Assembly (NCBI GenBank): GCA_004764695.1
Contig: SMSO01000004.1
Location: forward strand, 310,001 to 374,000
Direction: 5' to 3'
Source of the DNA: Schizochytrium sp. TIO01
Lineage: Eukaryota; Protista; Bigyra: Labyrinthulomycetes
Length of the DNA: 64,000 nt
Made by a program: the position numbers and the translations under genes. This document shows positions 22,570-34,900 of this stretch, in pieces (within the stretch, counting starts at the first letter, position 1; each line of letters begins with the position of its first letter). The notes below the pieces were generated by a model that was not told the origin of the DNA, did not search any database, and saw only the letters and a program-made list of their open reading frames with translations.

Positions 22570-23598
22570 TTATTTTGGCGAGGAAGCAGCATAGTCCTTT
22601 GCCTTGGCATACAAAACGACACCAGCGATTGCCAAAGTAATACCGAAGGCATTTATGGTCGAAACATGGTTTCCAAAGTACCACACGGAAAATAGGATTG
22701 TCACAACACGACGAAAGGCATTCGCAACGCCGTGAGTCACCATGCGAACCCGCGAGAGCACATAGAAGGAAGTCTGATTGTAGATTACGTAAGTCACACC
22801 GTTCAAGATTGCCAGCTTAAACATGTTGGCATTTACGAGCATATCGAGGTTGGAGCGGACCGTATAATGATGTTGCACCTTTGGTGCACTTGAAAGATTC
22901 TCCTCAACTACCCAGAAAAACTCTGCCACTGTCCCAAGCACCTCCAGCACGACAAGAAGCGCCACTAGCAGCACCATGCCCATGCTTGAAACTCGGTAGA
23001 AGACATTGAAGGCGTCGCCATCATACACTTGCTTAAGTTTCTTGGTGTACATGGACCTTAGACTAAAGCTCAAGTTAGAAATGCACACAAAAAGTAGGCC
23101 CAAGCCACTAAACGAGCTATCGCCAAGACTTGAAAGTGCGCCTCCTAGCACGATCGGAGCCATGCTATACATTTCAAGCTTGGACACAGGCTCTGATTTC
23201 AAGAAGAAGAGCGCAAGAACCACGGTCACAAGCGGTTCTGCGGAACGAAGGGTTTCTGCAAGCGAGACATTGACAACGACATAGCCAGCGTTCACAAAAA
23301 GAAAACCAAGAGTGTAGACCACAGTCAGCTTCAGCAGCGGTTCACGAGCTTCCGCAGGGACCTCACGAATAGGTTTGAGCTTGAGGATTTGTAACGACAC
23401 GAAGCCAAATATGGTCGCGGTAACAAACTGAGATAAAGTTAGCAGTACCGGCATGGGCACTGCAGTAAGTAGCTTGCGAGCTGTCGTGTTAGCCACGGCT
23501 GAGCTCGAGTACCAGATCAAGATGGACACCAGGATCTCCATCACGAAGGCAGCACCGCTGCTGCTCTTTGGACCATCGTCCTTGCCGGTGTCCAGCAT
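22570..23598 (-). CDS. Triose-phosphate/nucleotide-sugar transporter family protein (TPT / SLC35E1-like)
   Basis: Multiple TM helices. Motifs ILIWYSSS, VNVSLAETLRSAEPLVTV, YNQTSFYVLSRV, THGVANAFRRVVTI..SV.YFGN. First ATG at 23598; a stop lies upstream of the track's TTG start. Confidence 0.88.
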   Translation of the reverse strand: MLDTGKDDGPKSSSGAAFVMEILVSILIWYSSSAVANTTARKLLTAVPMPVLLTLSQFVTATIFGFVSLQILKLKPIREVPAEAREPLLKLTVVYTLGFLFVNAGYVVVNVSLAETLRSAEPLVTVVLALFFLKSEPVSKLEMYSMAPIVLGGALSSLGDSSFSGLGLLFVCISNLSFSLRSMYTKKLKQVYDGDAFNVFYRVSSMGMVLLVALLVVLEVLGTVAEFFWVVEENLSSAPKVQHHYTVRSNLDMLVNANMFKLAILNGVTYVIYNQTSFYVLSRVRMVTHGVANAFRRVVTILFSVWYFGNHVSTINAFGITLAIAGVVLYAKAKDYAASSPK

Positions 23599-24473
23599 AG
23601 TTCCCAACAAAAAGTTCCACGTTCCTCCTAGCCACAGACTGTGTTCCAATCCGGCCCGAAGCTACTTGAGGTTTGCTGCACCCCGCAAGCAAAATCCTCC
23701 TTGCTTGCTCTCTCTCCCAAAATCGAAATGATTTTTTGCGCTGCGATTCGATCGTTTGTTTACTCTGATTTCTTCTTTAACTTGTGTTACTAGTAAGCGC
23801 CTATAACTACCTACTGCAATTCAGGCTTTACAACAACTAGTTAGTCATAAGGCCAAAAACGTGTAGGCAAGCTATGTTGTTGATTATCAGTTCCAAAACC
23901 GGAGCATTCTCCCCGTCTCTCCAATATCTGTCCAAATCAATTTGCTCTCTGAAGAGCAGACGACAGCTAAAAGTACAAGTTCTGCAGCACGAATAAATTA
24001 AGTTTTTCTCTTTTCAGGACTCATTATAGGCAGGCGTGAAAGGACTCCTATTGTAACACATAGCACGGGGTCTACAGGAGACTATCGCGATCGTCTTTAT
24101 TATTCCTGGTGCTACATTCGTCATTCTTACACGAAGCCGTCCCTTGCACGGAAAGCAGCCAGTCGTAGAGCTCCAAAAGCTGTAGACATCATGAATAAAA
24201 CGGAAAATTTACGAGCCTTTGAGACCCTTTGGGAGCCCCACGTATAAACAAAACTAGAAACGTGTTAATTAGGAGTCTACCTGGTTTAGTTTTCTCGATT
24301 CACGCCTTTGCAAGATGATAATTCTAGCGGAGGCATGCCAACTAAGGTACCCAGCGCATGTTTTTCTTCATGTTGTAGGCTCCAAAGTCAGCTATCTCCC
24401 GTCGCTCTCTTCCCGAAAGCCGTCCCTGCCAAGCCTCGATTCGCCTTGAACACCCGTCGATCGATAGACAGTG

Positions 24474-24502
24474 TCATTCATTCATTCATTCATTCATTCA
24501 TT
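24474..24502. repeat. (TTCA)n microsatellite, ~7 units
   Basis: Read directly from the sequence. Confidence 0.85.
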
Positions 24503-25412
24503 GATATATTAGTTAGTCCAGTGGTTTTAGAGTCAATTTTTATTATTATTTTCGAAGGCGATTCTTTTATTTGTTTCAAGTTCTTTGTTTATTTGATGTG
24601 ATTTGATGTGATTGTTATTAAATATGCTACGCCGTTCCCATGGTCGAGCGCTGCAAACCTCTTTGTGAGCACGTTTCTGTCACGGCGACATTTTTCTTCG
24701 CAATTACTAGCTAGGTGCGCCATCAACTTGAAGCTTCATTCCTCGCTTTCAAAGCTTACTTTTATGATGCATAGATTTTAGCACTGTCAACCAAAGAGCT
24801 GGCTAGCTAAGTAGGGTATCATTTAGAAGGTAGCTAAGTGGATGCCTTTTTTTTTTTAAATTGTGTGTTTTCATTCAAGTTGTTTTCAATTCTTTTTAAT
24901 AAAATCCAATTAAAACCGCACGCGAGCGCACGTGCACTATGACAGCAGGCAACGATACGCGAACGGAACGCCGAATGCCTCGGTTGCATTATGAAAAATA
25001 TGAGACCGTAGAGAACATCACAAGGATCGTAGAGTGAGGGAAAATGCGAGGAAAATTAATCGCAGCAGTCAGTGTAACAACACCAAGTCATCCATGCACA
25101 GTTGTGGTGGCGTTAATAGAGATCATGTAATTGTTTTGACTTGCGTGTTTTAAAAAATGCACAAATAGCGAGATTAATTTAGGAATTATGTGGATTTTTG
25201 CATACTTTTAGAAGAAATAAAGATAGGATAGAATTACGAAGGTCAAATTGTGGTTAATTATGATTTAAATGTGTTTATGCAACGATGTAACGTGAATGCT
25301 ACATGTAAAAAGTAAGTAGAGAAATGTAAGACAACAAATGAAAAGGAAACTTTCCGAGTAGATCGTAGTGATAAAGTGTGGGGGGTATTGGCAATGCCAG
25401 ATCAAGAACAGA

Positions 25413-26621
25413 TTACTTGCCCTTAAGCTTGGCAAAACGAGCAGCGAGTTCATCATAATCTGGGACAGCACCCTTGTCAGTGCCATAAGTGGAAGGGTCA
25501 TCCTGTTCATCACCATCAACTTCACGAGCCTTGCTAATACTGGAATGGTGAGTTTTGGCAGTCGGAGCTGATCCGCTCATGCCAAACCCCCCGGCACTAG
25601 CGCCACCCGTAGGAGGCATTGGGGCGTCATCGATGTCCAAGTCTGCGTATCCAGAGCCCCCGCCACGACCACCAGGTCGTGCTCCACCTGCACTGTGGCC
25701 TGACGGACTTTCGTAGCCACCAGCCGTTGAGGAGGCTCCACCATTACCCATACCGCCGTAGCCACCGTATCCACCGGCACCACCATCATCGTCTCCACCA
25801 TATCCTCCATGTCCACCATTACCCATACCCCCATAACCACTAGGAGCACCAGGAGAGGCAGCCCCAGATGGATATCCTGGAGAGCTGTCTGGTGCTCGGG
25901 GAATATCTTCGTCTGGAGACATGTAACCAGGTGGGGTCTGACCAGGACTCAAGATGCGACCATCGGTGTAGCGGTAACCAGAAGCACCGAGGCCGCTACC
26001 AGCGCCTGCGCTGACAGTTGCACCTGTAGGAGGGGCCATCGCAGTATCAAAGCGAGCACCGATACTCATGGTCGCCTCATCTGGTTGCCAGTCTACATCA
26101 TACTCCTCGGCAAGCTCTTTCATATAGTTGAGCACCAAAAATGCATTTGGCGGCTGCGCAGAGAGCTTGGCTACAACACGCTCATTGACGCATCCATTAT
26201 GGTTTCTGTCGGCCTTCTCCATGAACTCCTTGCCATATTTCTTTGTGAGCTGGTCGCGGACCTGGACGAGCTCCTTGATTTCTGTGCGTTTGGCTGCATA
26301 AATTAACGTACAGACTGCCTCGCGCATATCGAAGGGGCATTCCTTCTCTCCATCCAGAAGTCGAATGCGCTCCATCACAAGCTCGCACAAGAGCTCAATG
26401 ATATCATATGTCTCAATGAGAAAATCTTCGCGTACGATATGTTCCGTGGTGATACGGGCCTTTTCTGTCTTGCCTTCACGCAAGAGGTCTGCGACCATCT
26501 TCTTGCTCTTCTTGATAGCAGCCATTTTCTTGTTTCTCAAGAGTTGAATGCGCTGAATTGACATTTTGAGCGCAGGTTTGATCTTCTCGACCTTAAATCT
26601 GCCAGAAAAAAAGGATGCCAT
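25413..26621 (-). CDS. IST1: IST1 homolog (ESCRT-III-like regulator of Vps4)
   Basis: N-terminal Ist1 domain (KARITTEHIVREDF, IIELLCEL, EAVCTLIYAA, ELVQVRDQLTKKYGKEF), Gly/Pro-rich linker, C-terminal MIM1-like DYDELAARFAKLK. Confidence 0.93.
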   Translation of the reverse strand: MASFFSGRFKVEKIKPALKMSIQRIQLLRNKKMAAIKKSKKMVADLLREGKTEKARITTEHIVREDFLIETYDIIELLCELVMERIRLLDGEKECPFDMREAVCTLIYAAKRTEIKELVQVRDQLTKKYGKEFMEKADRNHNGCVNERVVAKLSAQPPNAFLVLNYMKELAEEYDVDWQPDEATMSIGARFDTAMAPPTGATVSAGAGSGLGASGYRYTDGRILSPGQTPPGYMSPDEDIPRAPDSSPGYPSGAASPGAPSGYGGMGNGGHGGYGGDDDGGAGGYGGYGGMGNGGASSTAGGYESPSGHSAGGARPGGRGGGSGYADLDIDDAPMPPTGGASAGGFGMSGSAPTAKTHHSSISKAREVDGDEQDDPSTYGTDKGAVPDYDELAARFAKLKGK

Positions 26622-27149
26622 CGTGCCTTAAAGAAGATATTCGCTAGAAAATTGACCCAGCCAAATTCTATGATTCAAACAAGCTCAAGTTTCTCAAACA
26701 ACGCCTTGTCAATTTCCAACCAGCTGGAGCCAAATCTCAATATGCCCAACCAAGCAAGCAAACTACAGTCGCAAAGAGCTTGACGCTTTTCCTTTGTCCA
26801 CGCTGTACCTCCGTGAGCCAAATCGAAGTAAAGATTTCCAGCTCAAAGCGGCAGAGGTCTAGCTCAGACCGCTGTCTCAAAAAGGCAAAGGGTGCAGGTC
26901 GGGGAGAACTTCAATGGCGCTTACTTGCACGCTTTAGTCTGGGCCCAACGCGATTCGAGTTTGCTGATGCGATGATACGGACTGCGAAAAGAAGGCGAAG
27001 AACCTTTTAAGCTGAGCTCGCTCTTCCGAAGTGGAAACACGGCATAAAAAGGTATATTACTCAACTCTCCCATATACAAAATAGGTAAAAAGCTTGGACA
27101 CTCGGAGTCAGAATACCTCGAATACCTGTGCAAGAACAACCTCGCGAGA

Positions 27150-27700
27150 ACACAAGAGCAATGAAGAGTTAAGATGGAGTACTTCTATGTGGATACAAAC
27201 TTTTACCAAGATCTCAAGTCTGGTTGAGTCTGTGCTCCAAGAACTGTGCGGGTTGTTAACGGAAGATGGAGAATTTAAAAAGTGGCAGGTTCTGTCAGAC
27301 GTCACACCGAGCCATGGCAAAAGCCGGTGCCTGGGACTGAATCAAAAACCATGAAAAAACTGCGACAATAACCACAGCCAAAATGGCAGCAACAGAATAT
27401 AAGGCTTGACCTGGCCTGGACGATTCGATTCGTACTACAATGCGATTTTAACTTTAGAGACTTGGGTATCATAGTAAAGGAATATATATAATGATCTATC
27501 TGTCGTGAACCGTTCAAGAACGCCACGACAGTGCTTGCTGGTTAGGTAGGCACCTAGCGTTGTTCTTAATAGTGGAAATTTCAGACTTCAGAATTGCAAG
27601 ATTGCGAGACGGTCCTTGCAAGGTGGCTATGACCTCGACGGAAGACGGAAGACTCAATGCGAAATGCAAATTATAATGATAACCAGAGGTCCTGTGGTAC
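27150..27700 (+). pseudogene. Probable decayed protein kinase pseudogene
   Basis: Ordered, frameshifted relic motifs: VLQELC (subdomain V-like), VVNRSRTPRQCLL (catalytic-loop-like), VEISDFRIAR (DFG to DFR, one G>A change) and PEVL (APE), interrupted by stops. Confidence 0.45.
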
Positions 27701-27803
27701 GTTTTCCCCATTTTGTTGAGTTGATGTGTATTTTAAGAAAAAACAAAAGAGACGAAGTTTGGAAACATTAGATTAATAGAGGTTTTCCAATCAAAAAGGA
27801 TGT

Positions 27804-29411
27804 TTATACCTGCACTATTTGTGCATGATTGGCGAATGGTTGGCGCAAGACATCAAAAAAGTTGCGCCAAGATGTATAGAGTAATTCATAGTGATGTACA
27901 AAAGTATCTTCAGGTTTCGTACAAATTAAAAGGTCTTTTTGCGCGAGGCCGTTGTCTTTTGCTGTATTTTTCTTCTGAAGTGGGAAGCTGCTCGCAAAGG
28001 TGCCGAACACAGCAGAATCTACACCGCCGTCCATTGCAAGAACTGGCCGAGCTAGAATATTGGCGAGGATCTGACGCCATACAGAAGATTGTGAGCCACC
28101 CCCCACAACAACCACAGCTTCAGTTTTGTCTATAAACATATTGCCTGCTTCAGCTAGCCATCGTAAATGAAATGCTACACCTTCAAGAACAGCACGGGCC
28201 ATTTCTCCTTGAGAGGTGGATCCTTGAATGCCTAAGAACGCAGCTCGGACATGTGGGTCGTTGATTGGCGCACGCTCTCCATTTGGGTGTGGCAGGTACA
28301 ACAGTCCATTAGCACCGGGTTGACAAGAACTAACAAGATCATCAAGTCTTCTAAGATGCGTTATATCACCATCAGGGTCGCTCAGCACAGCTCGAATCCA
28401 TTCAATGTTTCCACCACATGTAGTCATGGGTGAAGCCACAATATCTACACCGTGTTGTGGGTGCGCAATTCGAAAAAGTCCTGGTGGAGTCTCAGCCTGT
28501 TTGCAATCCTTTGACCGAACCTCTGTACGTGCAACCCAGCCTGAGGTACCAATATAGAAGTAGCTTTTGGAAACATGCAGATCACAATGATTAATGTAAG
28601 TCTGTAAAGCCTGCGCACCCATAGTTGTAGAGCCAAGATCTCCAGGCCCATGATAGATTCTTATCTCTCCGCCAAAACGTTCAGTAAGGTTACTATCAAT
28701 CCCTGGTATACAACTGAGCGATGAGATAGTTGCAAGTGGTTCTTCTACATCCATGAGTTCGGGCAGCAGCTCTTGCCAACGCCCAAGTTCTTTGTGCACG
28801 GTATCATTCTTGAAAATATCTTGCCCCCATGCAGATGCGTCAAGATTTGTGAAACTTGTGGTTTGCGCTGTAGTGCGGTCACACGCAGCACGCCCAGTGA
28901 GTCTCCAAGCAACGTATCCATGAGCGCCAAAGACGACGTGTTTGGCCTTTTCAACAATGTCCGGCCGATGGCGTGAGATCCAGAGTGCTTTTGCAAGGCA
29001 CGAAGCAGCCCCTTTAAAATTGCCACACATTTTCTCCAGCGTTTCTCGACTACCAAACGCATTTTCGAGTTCTTTGGCTTCTTCCACAGCCCGTGTATCC
29101 GCATATAAGATTGCTTTTGCAAGAGCATCTTTGTCGTCTACCGCCACGACAGCTTGCATTTGGCCCGAGATAACAATTGCCTCAATCTCATGTTTCGTGG
29201 GATCTAGCCTTTTGATCACCACTTCTATAACATCCTTGAATGCATTCGTCCACACCTCAGGATCCTGCTCGACAAAGCCGCTCTCTGTGAACTCCGCTGA
29301 GTAGGTGCTACTTGCTGCCACGTTCAGTGCATCACCCGCATCGATGCAAAATGCCTCTGCTTTCGCAGACCTCGAGCCCAGGTCTACGGCCAGTGCCACA
29401 CGCCTAGCCAT
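27804..29411 (-). CDS. xylB: FGGY-family carbohydrate kinase, xylulokinase-like
   Basis: LAVDLGSRSAK, VEQDPEVW, ISGQMQ, AILYADTRA, YIGTSGW, LYLPHPNGERAP, RAVLEGVAF, VGGGSQS..WRQILAN. First ATG at 29411. Substrate is not certain. Confidence 0.8.
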   Translation of the reverse strand: MARRVALAVDLGSRSAKAEAFCIDAGDALNVAASSTYSAEFTESGFVEQDPEVWTNAFKDVIEVVIKRLDPTKHEIEAIVISGQMQAVVAVDDKDALAKAILYADTRAVEEAKELENAFGSRETLEKMCGNFKGAASCLAKALWISRHRPDIVEKAKHVVFGAHGYVAWRLTGRAACDRTTAQTTSFTNLDASAWGQDIFKNDTVHKELGRWQELLPELMDVEEPLATISSLSCIPGIDSNLTERFGGEIRIYHGPGDLGSTTMGAQALQTYINHCDLHVSKSYFYIGTSGWVARTEVRSKDCKQAETPPGLFRIAHPQHGVDIVASPMTTCGGNIEWIRAVLSDPDGDITHLRRLDDLVSSCQPGANGLLYLPHPNGERAPINDPHVRAAFLGIQGSTSQGEMARAVLEGVAFHLRWLAEAGNMFIDKTEAVVVVGGGSQSSVWRQILANILARPVLAMDGGVDSAVFGTFASSFPLQKKNTAKDNGLAQKDLLICTKPEDTFVHHYELLYTSWRNFFDVLRQPFANHAQIVQV

Positions 29412-30028
29412 CGCAGCTTCCAGCTTCACCTCGATACTTGCCGCTCAAGCAAGCTCTACAGAAAGATGATTAATTCGATCGGAATCGTAATTGTAAGTGC
29501 TATATCTTAAAAGTTCAACCATGAGTCCTCACAAATGTATAAGCACCTGGCCAAGAAGCAAAAAGGGAATGAACTTTCAGAATGAACCAATGGGTTACAC
29601 GAACTATTTATTTATTTCATAAAATAGAAGTTTGTTAAGTCCAAGCACTCAAACCCAGGCTGCATCCTTATTTGGCGAGCCTACACCAATCGTAATCGCA
29701 ATTGCACAATCGTAGTCCCTACGAAATTCGCATTTTCGATCACAAAGAAACGAATGAACATCTGCAATTATTAGATCCTACTGCAGTGTGGGCAAGCAGG
29801 CTAAAGTAGGTTCCTCCAATAGAGTATTATAGTATACCACTATGTAAAATATGCTATACTATAGGTTATACATTGGATTGTCTACTGTATGTAATTTGGG
29901 AAGTGGATTAAGCGGCGAAGGCGGAGAAGACACGAAAAGTTTGTCAAGATCGTGAATCGCCTGTAGCAAACAGCAGGCAGATCCCCAACTCGACACCGTT
30001 TTGCGGTGTCGTGCATATTGTATACGCG

Positions 30029-31957
30029 ATGGGCCAGGAGTCTGTTGAGCTGAAGCGGCGCGTGGATGCTCTTGAGGCGGAGAACCGCGAGCTGAAGCGG
30101 TCCGTCTTCGAGCTGTCCACACGGCTTGGCCAACTGCAATGGCTACTCAACAAGGCTCGGGCCAGACCATTTGAGGTTGAGGCACCAGAAATTGCGGCAG
30201 CACCAGAGATATTTCACGCTAGGACTGCTGCTGGAGGCAAACACGCTAATCCTGGTGCCCTCCACACCAACAACAGCCATGTCGTCGGGGGTGATATCGC
30301 GCTGCCAAAATCTGCAATCGACAGCATTTCTAACATCAACTCGTCTGCAAGCGCTGGTTTTGGGCAACACATGCAACACCAGAATGGATCAAACTCGGCC
30401 TCTCATAGAGATGGGCGATCCCTGGATCAGCATATTCAAGAAGGCCAGGGGCAGCATATATCAGCAGAAAATAAAACGGAGCAGCAGCAGAATGGTGAGA
30501 ACAATAGCATGCCTCTAGCCGGCGGTAATTTGAGGCCGAGAAATGCTTCAATCTTCAATGCGGAGCCTGGAACGCCGCAAGGTGGACCCTTCGGAGAGCT
30601 GCCCGGAAATTCACGCATGATGTCATCGTCAGCATACGAGGATGGCCGGTTTGGACGTGATTCAGTTGTGGAGAGAGCAATTAATGCTTTCATGCTACCG
30701 CTGGAAACTCAACGCAGTTCGCATGCTGTTTCCTATTTAAACCCTCTCGAGCGCAGCACTGAGTTCACTGAACATGCAGGAGCTGTATATTGTTGTAAAT
30801 GGGCGCCGAATGGGCGCTGGCTGGCGTCGGGGTCCTTTGATAACTCCGTAGTGGTGCGACCCATTGACGTAGATAACCTACGAACCTCTGCGGATACTAA
30901 GATTAAGCCTGCTCAAGATTCTTCTAGCTCTGCAAGTGCTGGGGAGACGTCGAGGAGGCTTACAGGCCACACCCAGCTTGTATCAGACGTTAAGTGGAGC
31001 TGTGATGGTTCTATGGTACTGACTGGCAGCTTTGATCAAACAGCACGTGTCTGGGACCTCACACGTGCACATGCCGCCTCGACAAGTAATAGCACTGCTG
31101 GGGGCTCTCCACATGTCGGCCCTTTGCAAACTTTCAAGCTAGAGGGTTTTGTGCAGACAATTGAAACTGACCGCACACAACCCATGGTGTTTTACGCTGG
31201 TACAAGCAAAGGGAATATTGTCGTCCTCGATGGACGTTCTAATGGTGGTTCTACAGCGCACTTTCGCACATCCAGAGATGAGGCTGCAGCTTCCGGAAAT
31301 TCCAATACAGCTTCTTTGGGCATGATCAATGTCTTGCATATTCCTAGCCACGCCTCACAAGTTCTTTTAAGTGGAAGCGCAAAGGGTGTCGTGCAAGCAT
31401 GGGATATGCGAATGCAAGCGCCTCTCGAAAACTTTACTCCTCTGCTTAATGAACACGCAGGAAGACCTATCACGAACTTGACAACTACGATGGGAGCAGA
31501 TGGACGGCATTTGTTGGCTGTAAATTGCTACGATAATGTACTTCGGGTTTATCACTCTGAGAATATTTTGGCCCGCAATGGCAGCCTAGAACCTAGTTTG
31601 GGCCACTCGGTCTTCAATTTGCTTGGTCATCGAAACAAGAATTGGCCGATCCGTGCTTCCTTCTTCAGCCCCCATGCTTCCCCAGAGCTTGCGGTAGCTT
31701 CAGCATCTCCTCGAACAGTTAATGCACCACGCATTGACCCACTGGGCCGCCCCCTCGCAACTTTATTAGCCACTGGCAGCGCATCAACAAGTGTCTACGT
31801 ATTTAGCCTCACCTCGCAAGAGGCACAGCTCTTGTATAAGCTTAAAGGTCACTCTGGCCGTGTGTATGCGTGTGAGTTCGCACCATCAACTGACTTTCCC
31901 TTACTCGCAACATCCTCAGCAGATGCCACTGTACGTCTTTGGTTGCCCGCAGTTTGA
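30029..31957 (+). CDS. WD40-repeat protein with N-terminal coiled coil
   Basis: Coiled coil ELKRRVDALEAENRELKRSVFEL. WD repeats EHAGAVY..W.PNGRWLASGSFD, GHTQLVSDVKW...TGSFDQTARVWD, GHSGRVY...ATSSADATVRLW. First ATG at 30029. Confidence 0.85.
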   Translation: MGQESVELKRRVDALEAENRELKRSVFELSTRLGQLQWLLNKARARPFEVEAPEIAAAPEIFHARTAAGGKHANPGALHTNNSHVVGGDIALPKSAIDSISNINSSASAGFGQHMQHQNGSNSASHRDGRSLDQHIQEGQGQHISAENKTEQQQNGENNSMPLAGGNLRPRNASIFNAEPGTPQGGPFGELPGNSRMMSSSAYEDGRFGRDSVVERAINAFMLPLETQRSSHAVSYLNPLERSTEFTEHAGAVYCCKWAPNGRWLASGSFDNSVVVRPIDVDNLRTSADTKIKPAQDSSSSASAGETSRRLTGHTQLVSDVKWSCDGSMVLTGSFDQTARVWDLTRAHAASTSNSTAGGSPHVGPLQTFKLEGFVQTIETDRTQPMVFYAGTSKGNIVVLDGRSNGGSTAHFRTSRDEAAASGNSNTASLGMINVLHIPSHASQVLLSGSAKGVVQAWDMRMQAPLENFTPLLNEHAGRPITNLTTTMGADGRHLLAVNCYDNVLRVYHSENILARNGSLEPSLGHSVFNLLGHRNKNWPIRASFFSPHASPELAVASASPRTVNAPRIDPLGRPLATLLATGSASTSVYVFSLTSQEAQLLYKLKGHSGRVYACEFAPSTDFPLLATSSADATVRLWLPAV

Positions 31958-34900
31958 TGATCATGTAACAATTTATAGTAGTGTCCCCCCTTTCCTTTTT
32001 TTATTTTACAAACGTGCTGGGTTTTTGTAAGCTGATGTTTTAGAGCTCTAAATATCAAATGGTATTATGACTTAGTTCAATGTTCGTGGAATCCTTGTCT
32101 CAAACACATGTGCTATGTTTTTAAAAGTATTAAAAATTGTCGAGAATCACAATGAATAGAAGGCCATACAATCTTTCACGATAAGGTCTTCAGAGACTCA
32201 ACAACTCTCGTTGCTTCATGTGTTGGTCATCTTGTATCTCCTTCTATTAGTTTAAAGGACCAAGAGAAAATAAGGCTGATAACTGGATAGATCCGAACTA
32301 ATTTTCAGACGAGAAGGTGTTAATAAACATCAATTCAACAGATTGAGACTTTTTAGAAAAGTCTATAAACGACTCAACAGTAGCGTGATCATTGAAAGTG
32401 ACTAAAACAAACTCCACACAAATAAATACGAATCATACTCTGTAGGGCAAACTAATACGGAAACACTTGCTTCGAAGTTAAGGCTTTGATATGGGCGCAT
32501 AACAGATGGATTGGTCTTAACATAAAGCATCTATCAGAAAACAGAATATTCTTTCCCAGTTAGCTATTAGAATGTTAGGTCGCTAGAATGCAGACTAATG
32601 CGACATGATCTAGTGATGGATAAAGGGGTCTTATCATGATTAGAATCATCACAAACTCTTCCAGCTCTTGATAGAATTCGAAACGCTTCGTTACTCACTG
32701 GGTGCCATTTTGTGACGTTTGTGGTATCCTGAAGCCACTCAGATTAAGTCAGCAAGCAATGAAAGATTTATGACAAAACAAAGCGCAGTAGTATCCACCA
32801 CAACAACTACTAGCCATAACTGTAATGATGAACTTTTGTGTCCGAAGGAAAACACAGGTCACCAGATGATTTTTGCACTGTCGAGAACGATCTTGGCAAA
32901 AGGGTACATCTAGATAGACAGCTATCTAATTACTGCACGATGAACAACAACACCATTACAAAAAAAGAAGGCATTTTAAAGCTCAGTAGTTACAACACAA
33001 GACTTGTTGGCTCAAGTTGTGGTTCAACTCTGCAAGCGTCCTATTTACTACTAAAAAGAAGAGTTTCTAATCTAGAATAAAACTATCAATTGATCCTGAT
33101 AAAAGACCTTCCTTCGGTTTCTGTTATTTTCTATTCTTTGGATTCATGTCCGCCCTAGCCACCAGTCAATTTCTTTTACTTTCTGCTGTTCACCTAAGTA
33201 CACCTTAAAGCAGCTAACGAAGTAGGTGGACAGGGTACAATCAGTTTTCGTTGGCGCTGTAATGTATATAAATAGCTGACCAATTGTCTTTTGATGATGC
33301 TTGGTGCATCACTCGATGGCGACGACCTTTTACAAAGGAAGAAAGAGCCTCGATTATCACAAGTCACAACTTTTCTCATGATTCTTGTTTAAAATTCACT
33401 ACTGTCAATTCATTATGGTCATAAATAGAAGGTTTAAGTTCATCGAAAATTCCCTTCTTTACTAACCCTGAATGCTTTGCTCGCAAATGACAGGCGAGCA
33501 GATGTCTCAATTTCGAGCATTTCTAATGCGACAGCTGCAACCACCAATAATGCATATATTCACCACACCTTTCATTTTCAATGAAGAAAGATAACTTTAA
33601 AAAATAACTCAAGCTCGATTCCTACCAAATCAACAAAAAGTATACGCTATCGAGAAAACACCTGTCACTTGTCTCAAACTGGACCCCAAACATCGCATCG
33701 TTGCCTTGAGGTGGGCCTGAACAAGGACAAAACGGGGCCGGCGGGGATTTCTTTGCCGAGGATCGGTGCCAAGAGCTGTCTTTTCTCCCTAATGAAAAAT
33801 AATTACTAGAAAAAAAGTGCACCTTTCGGGGAACTTGAAGAAACGAAATTTCGAAACACGACTCTACAAGGAAAGTGGTGTTCTGAATCGAGCAAACAAA
33901 ACATTTTTATCACAACGTATGTATTATCTAACCAAGTTCAAGTAGTGAAGTTATTGTACTCAACCAAAGATTATGTTTAGAAACCTTCTGGTACTTTTAA
34001 TTTCTTAATTCCCCTTAATCTTTAAATTAATTAAAATAAAATGATGCGAACTTTGAATTAGTTTTAAGGTCAAAATAGGTACCTAACTCTATTCTAAATA
34101 TTTCAGATTGAGGTTTTCAGGAACTGGGCCAAACTAGTCCATTCGATTGGGATGGGTCACTCCGCGCAAACGACCAAGTTGCTCTATGGCTGGTATGCAT
34201 TTGTGTTGTTAAGAAAGGCAACACATGACGACTCTTTTTGCCTCAATAAAAAACCATACGTTTATATCAGTTCCCATTCAAAATGACCATATCAAAGTTT
34301 TTGCAAAGCTGGAGAATCACTTCAAGGAAGAACAAGCGTTGAGAATCTAAGGAGTTATCTTCTGTGGTTAAGCTCTTCCGAGGAATCTCATCAATGTTGC
34401 CGAAGCTCAAGGTGGCGCTTGCTGCAATTTGGTTTCGTACTTACCTCTGTGATTTATGTACACGTATTCCCAGATGATAGCCAACCTTGATCCTTAGTTT
34501 TCGAAAGTGATTTCAATGTAGCACTCTCCGTGCCAAATGATTACCGAGATCAATCGACGCGCCGCTGTTTATAAAGCTGTGTTTTTAAGTATTTTCATTG
34601 TAATGACAAATAACCTGAACTTGAAAAGAAAAGAAATAAACAAATCTTACTTCTTTAAGCTCGTAGCACCATCGGGCGTGGGTGCCATTTATCACGCCGC
34701 CAATTCGGTCAGCCACTTCAGAAGGCCATGCTGACTATTGTCAGCATTGCTACCGCGGAGGCCATCAGCTTTAAAAGCTACTGGCGGTGGTGAAATTCAT
34801 TTTGAACAAAAACCATCATTCCAAAGTGTCTCTTGAAAGAGTCTCGCGTCGCATACGCAAGCTTGTTTGGATTGTCTTCCAGGCGCGACGTCATCATGGT

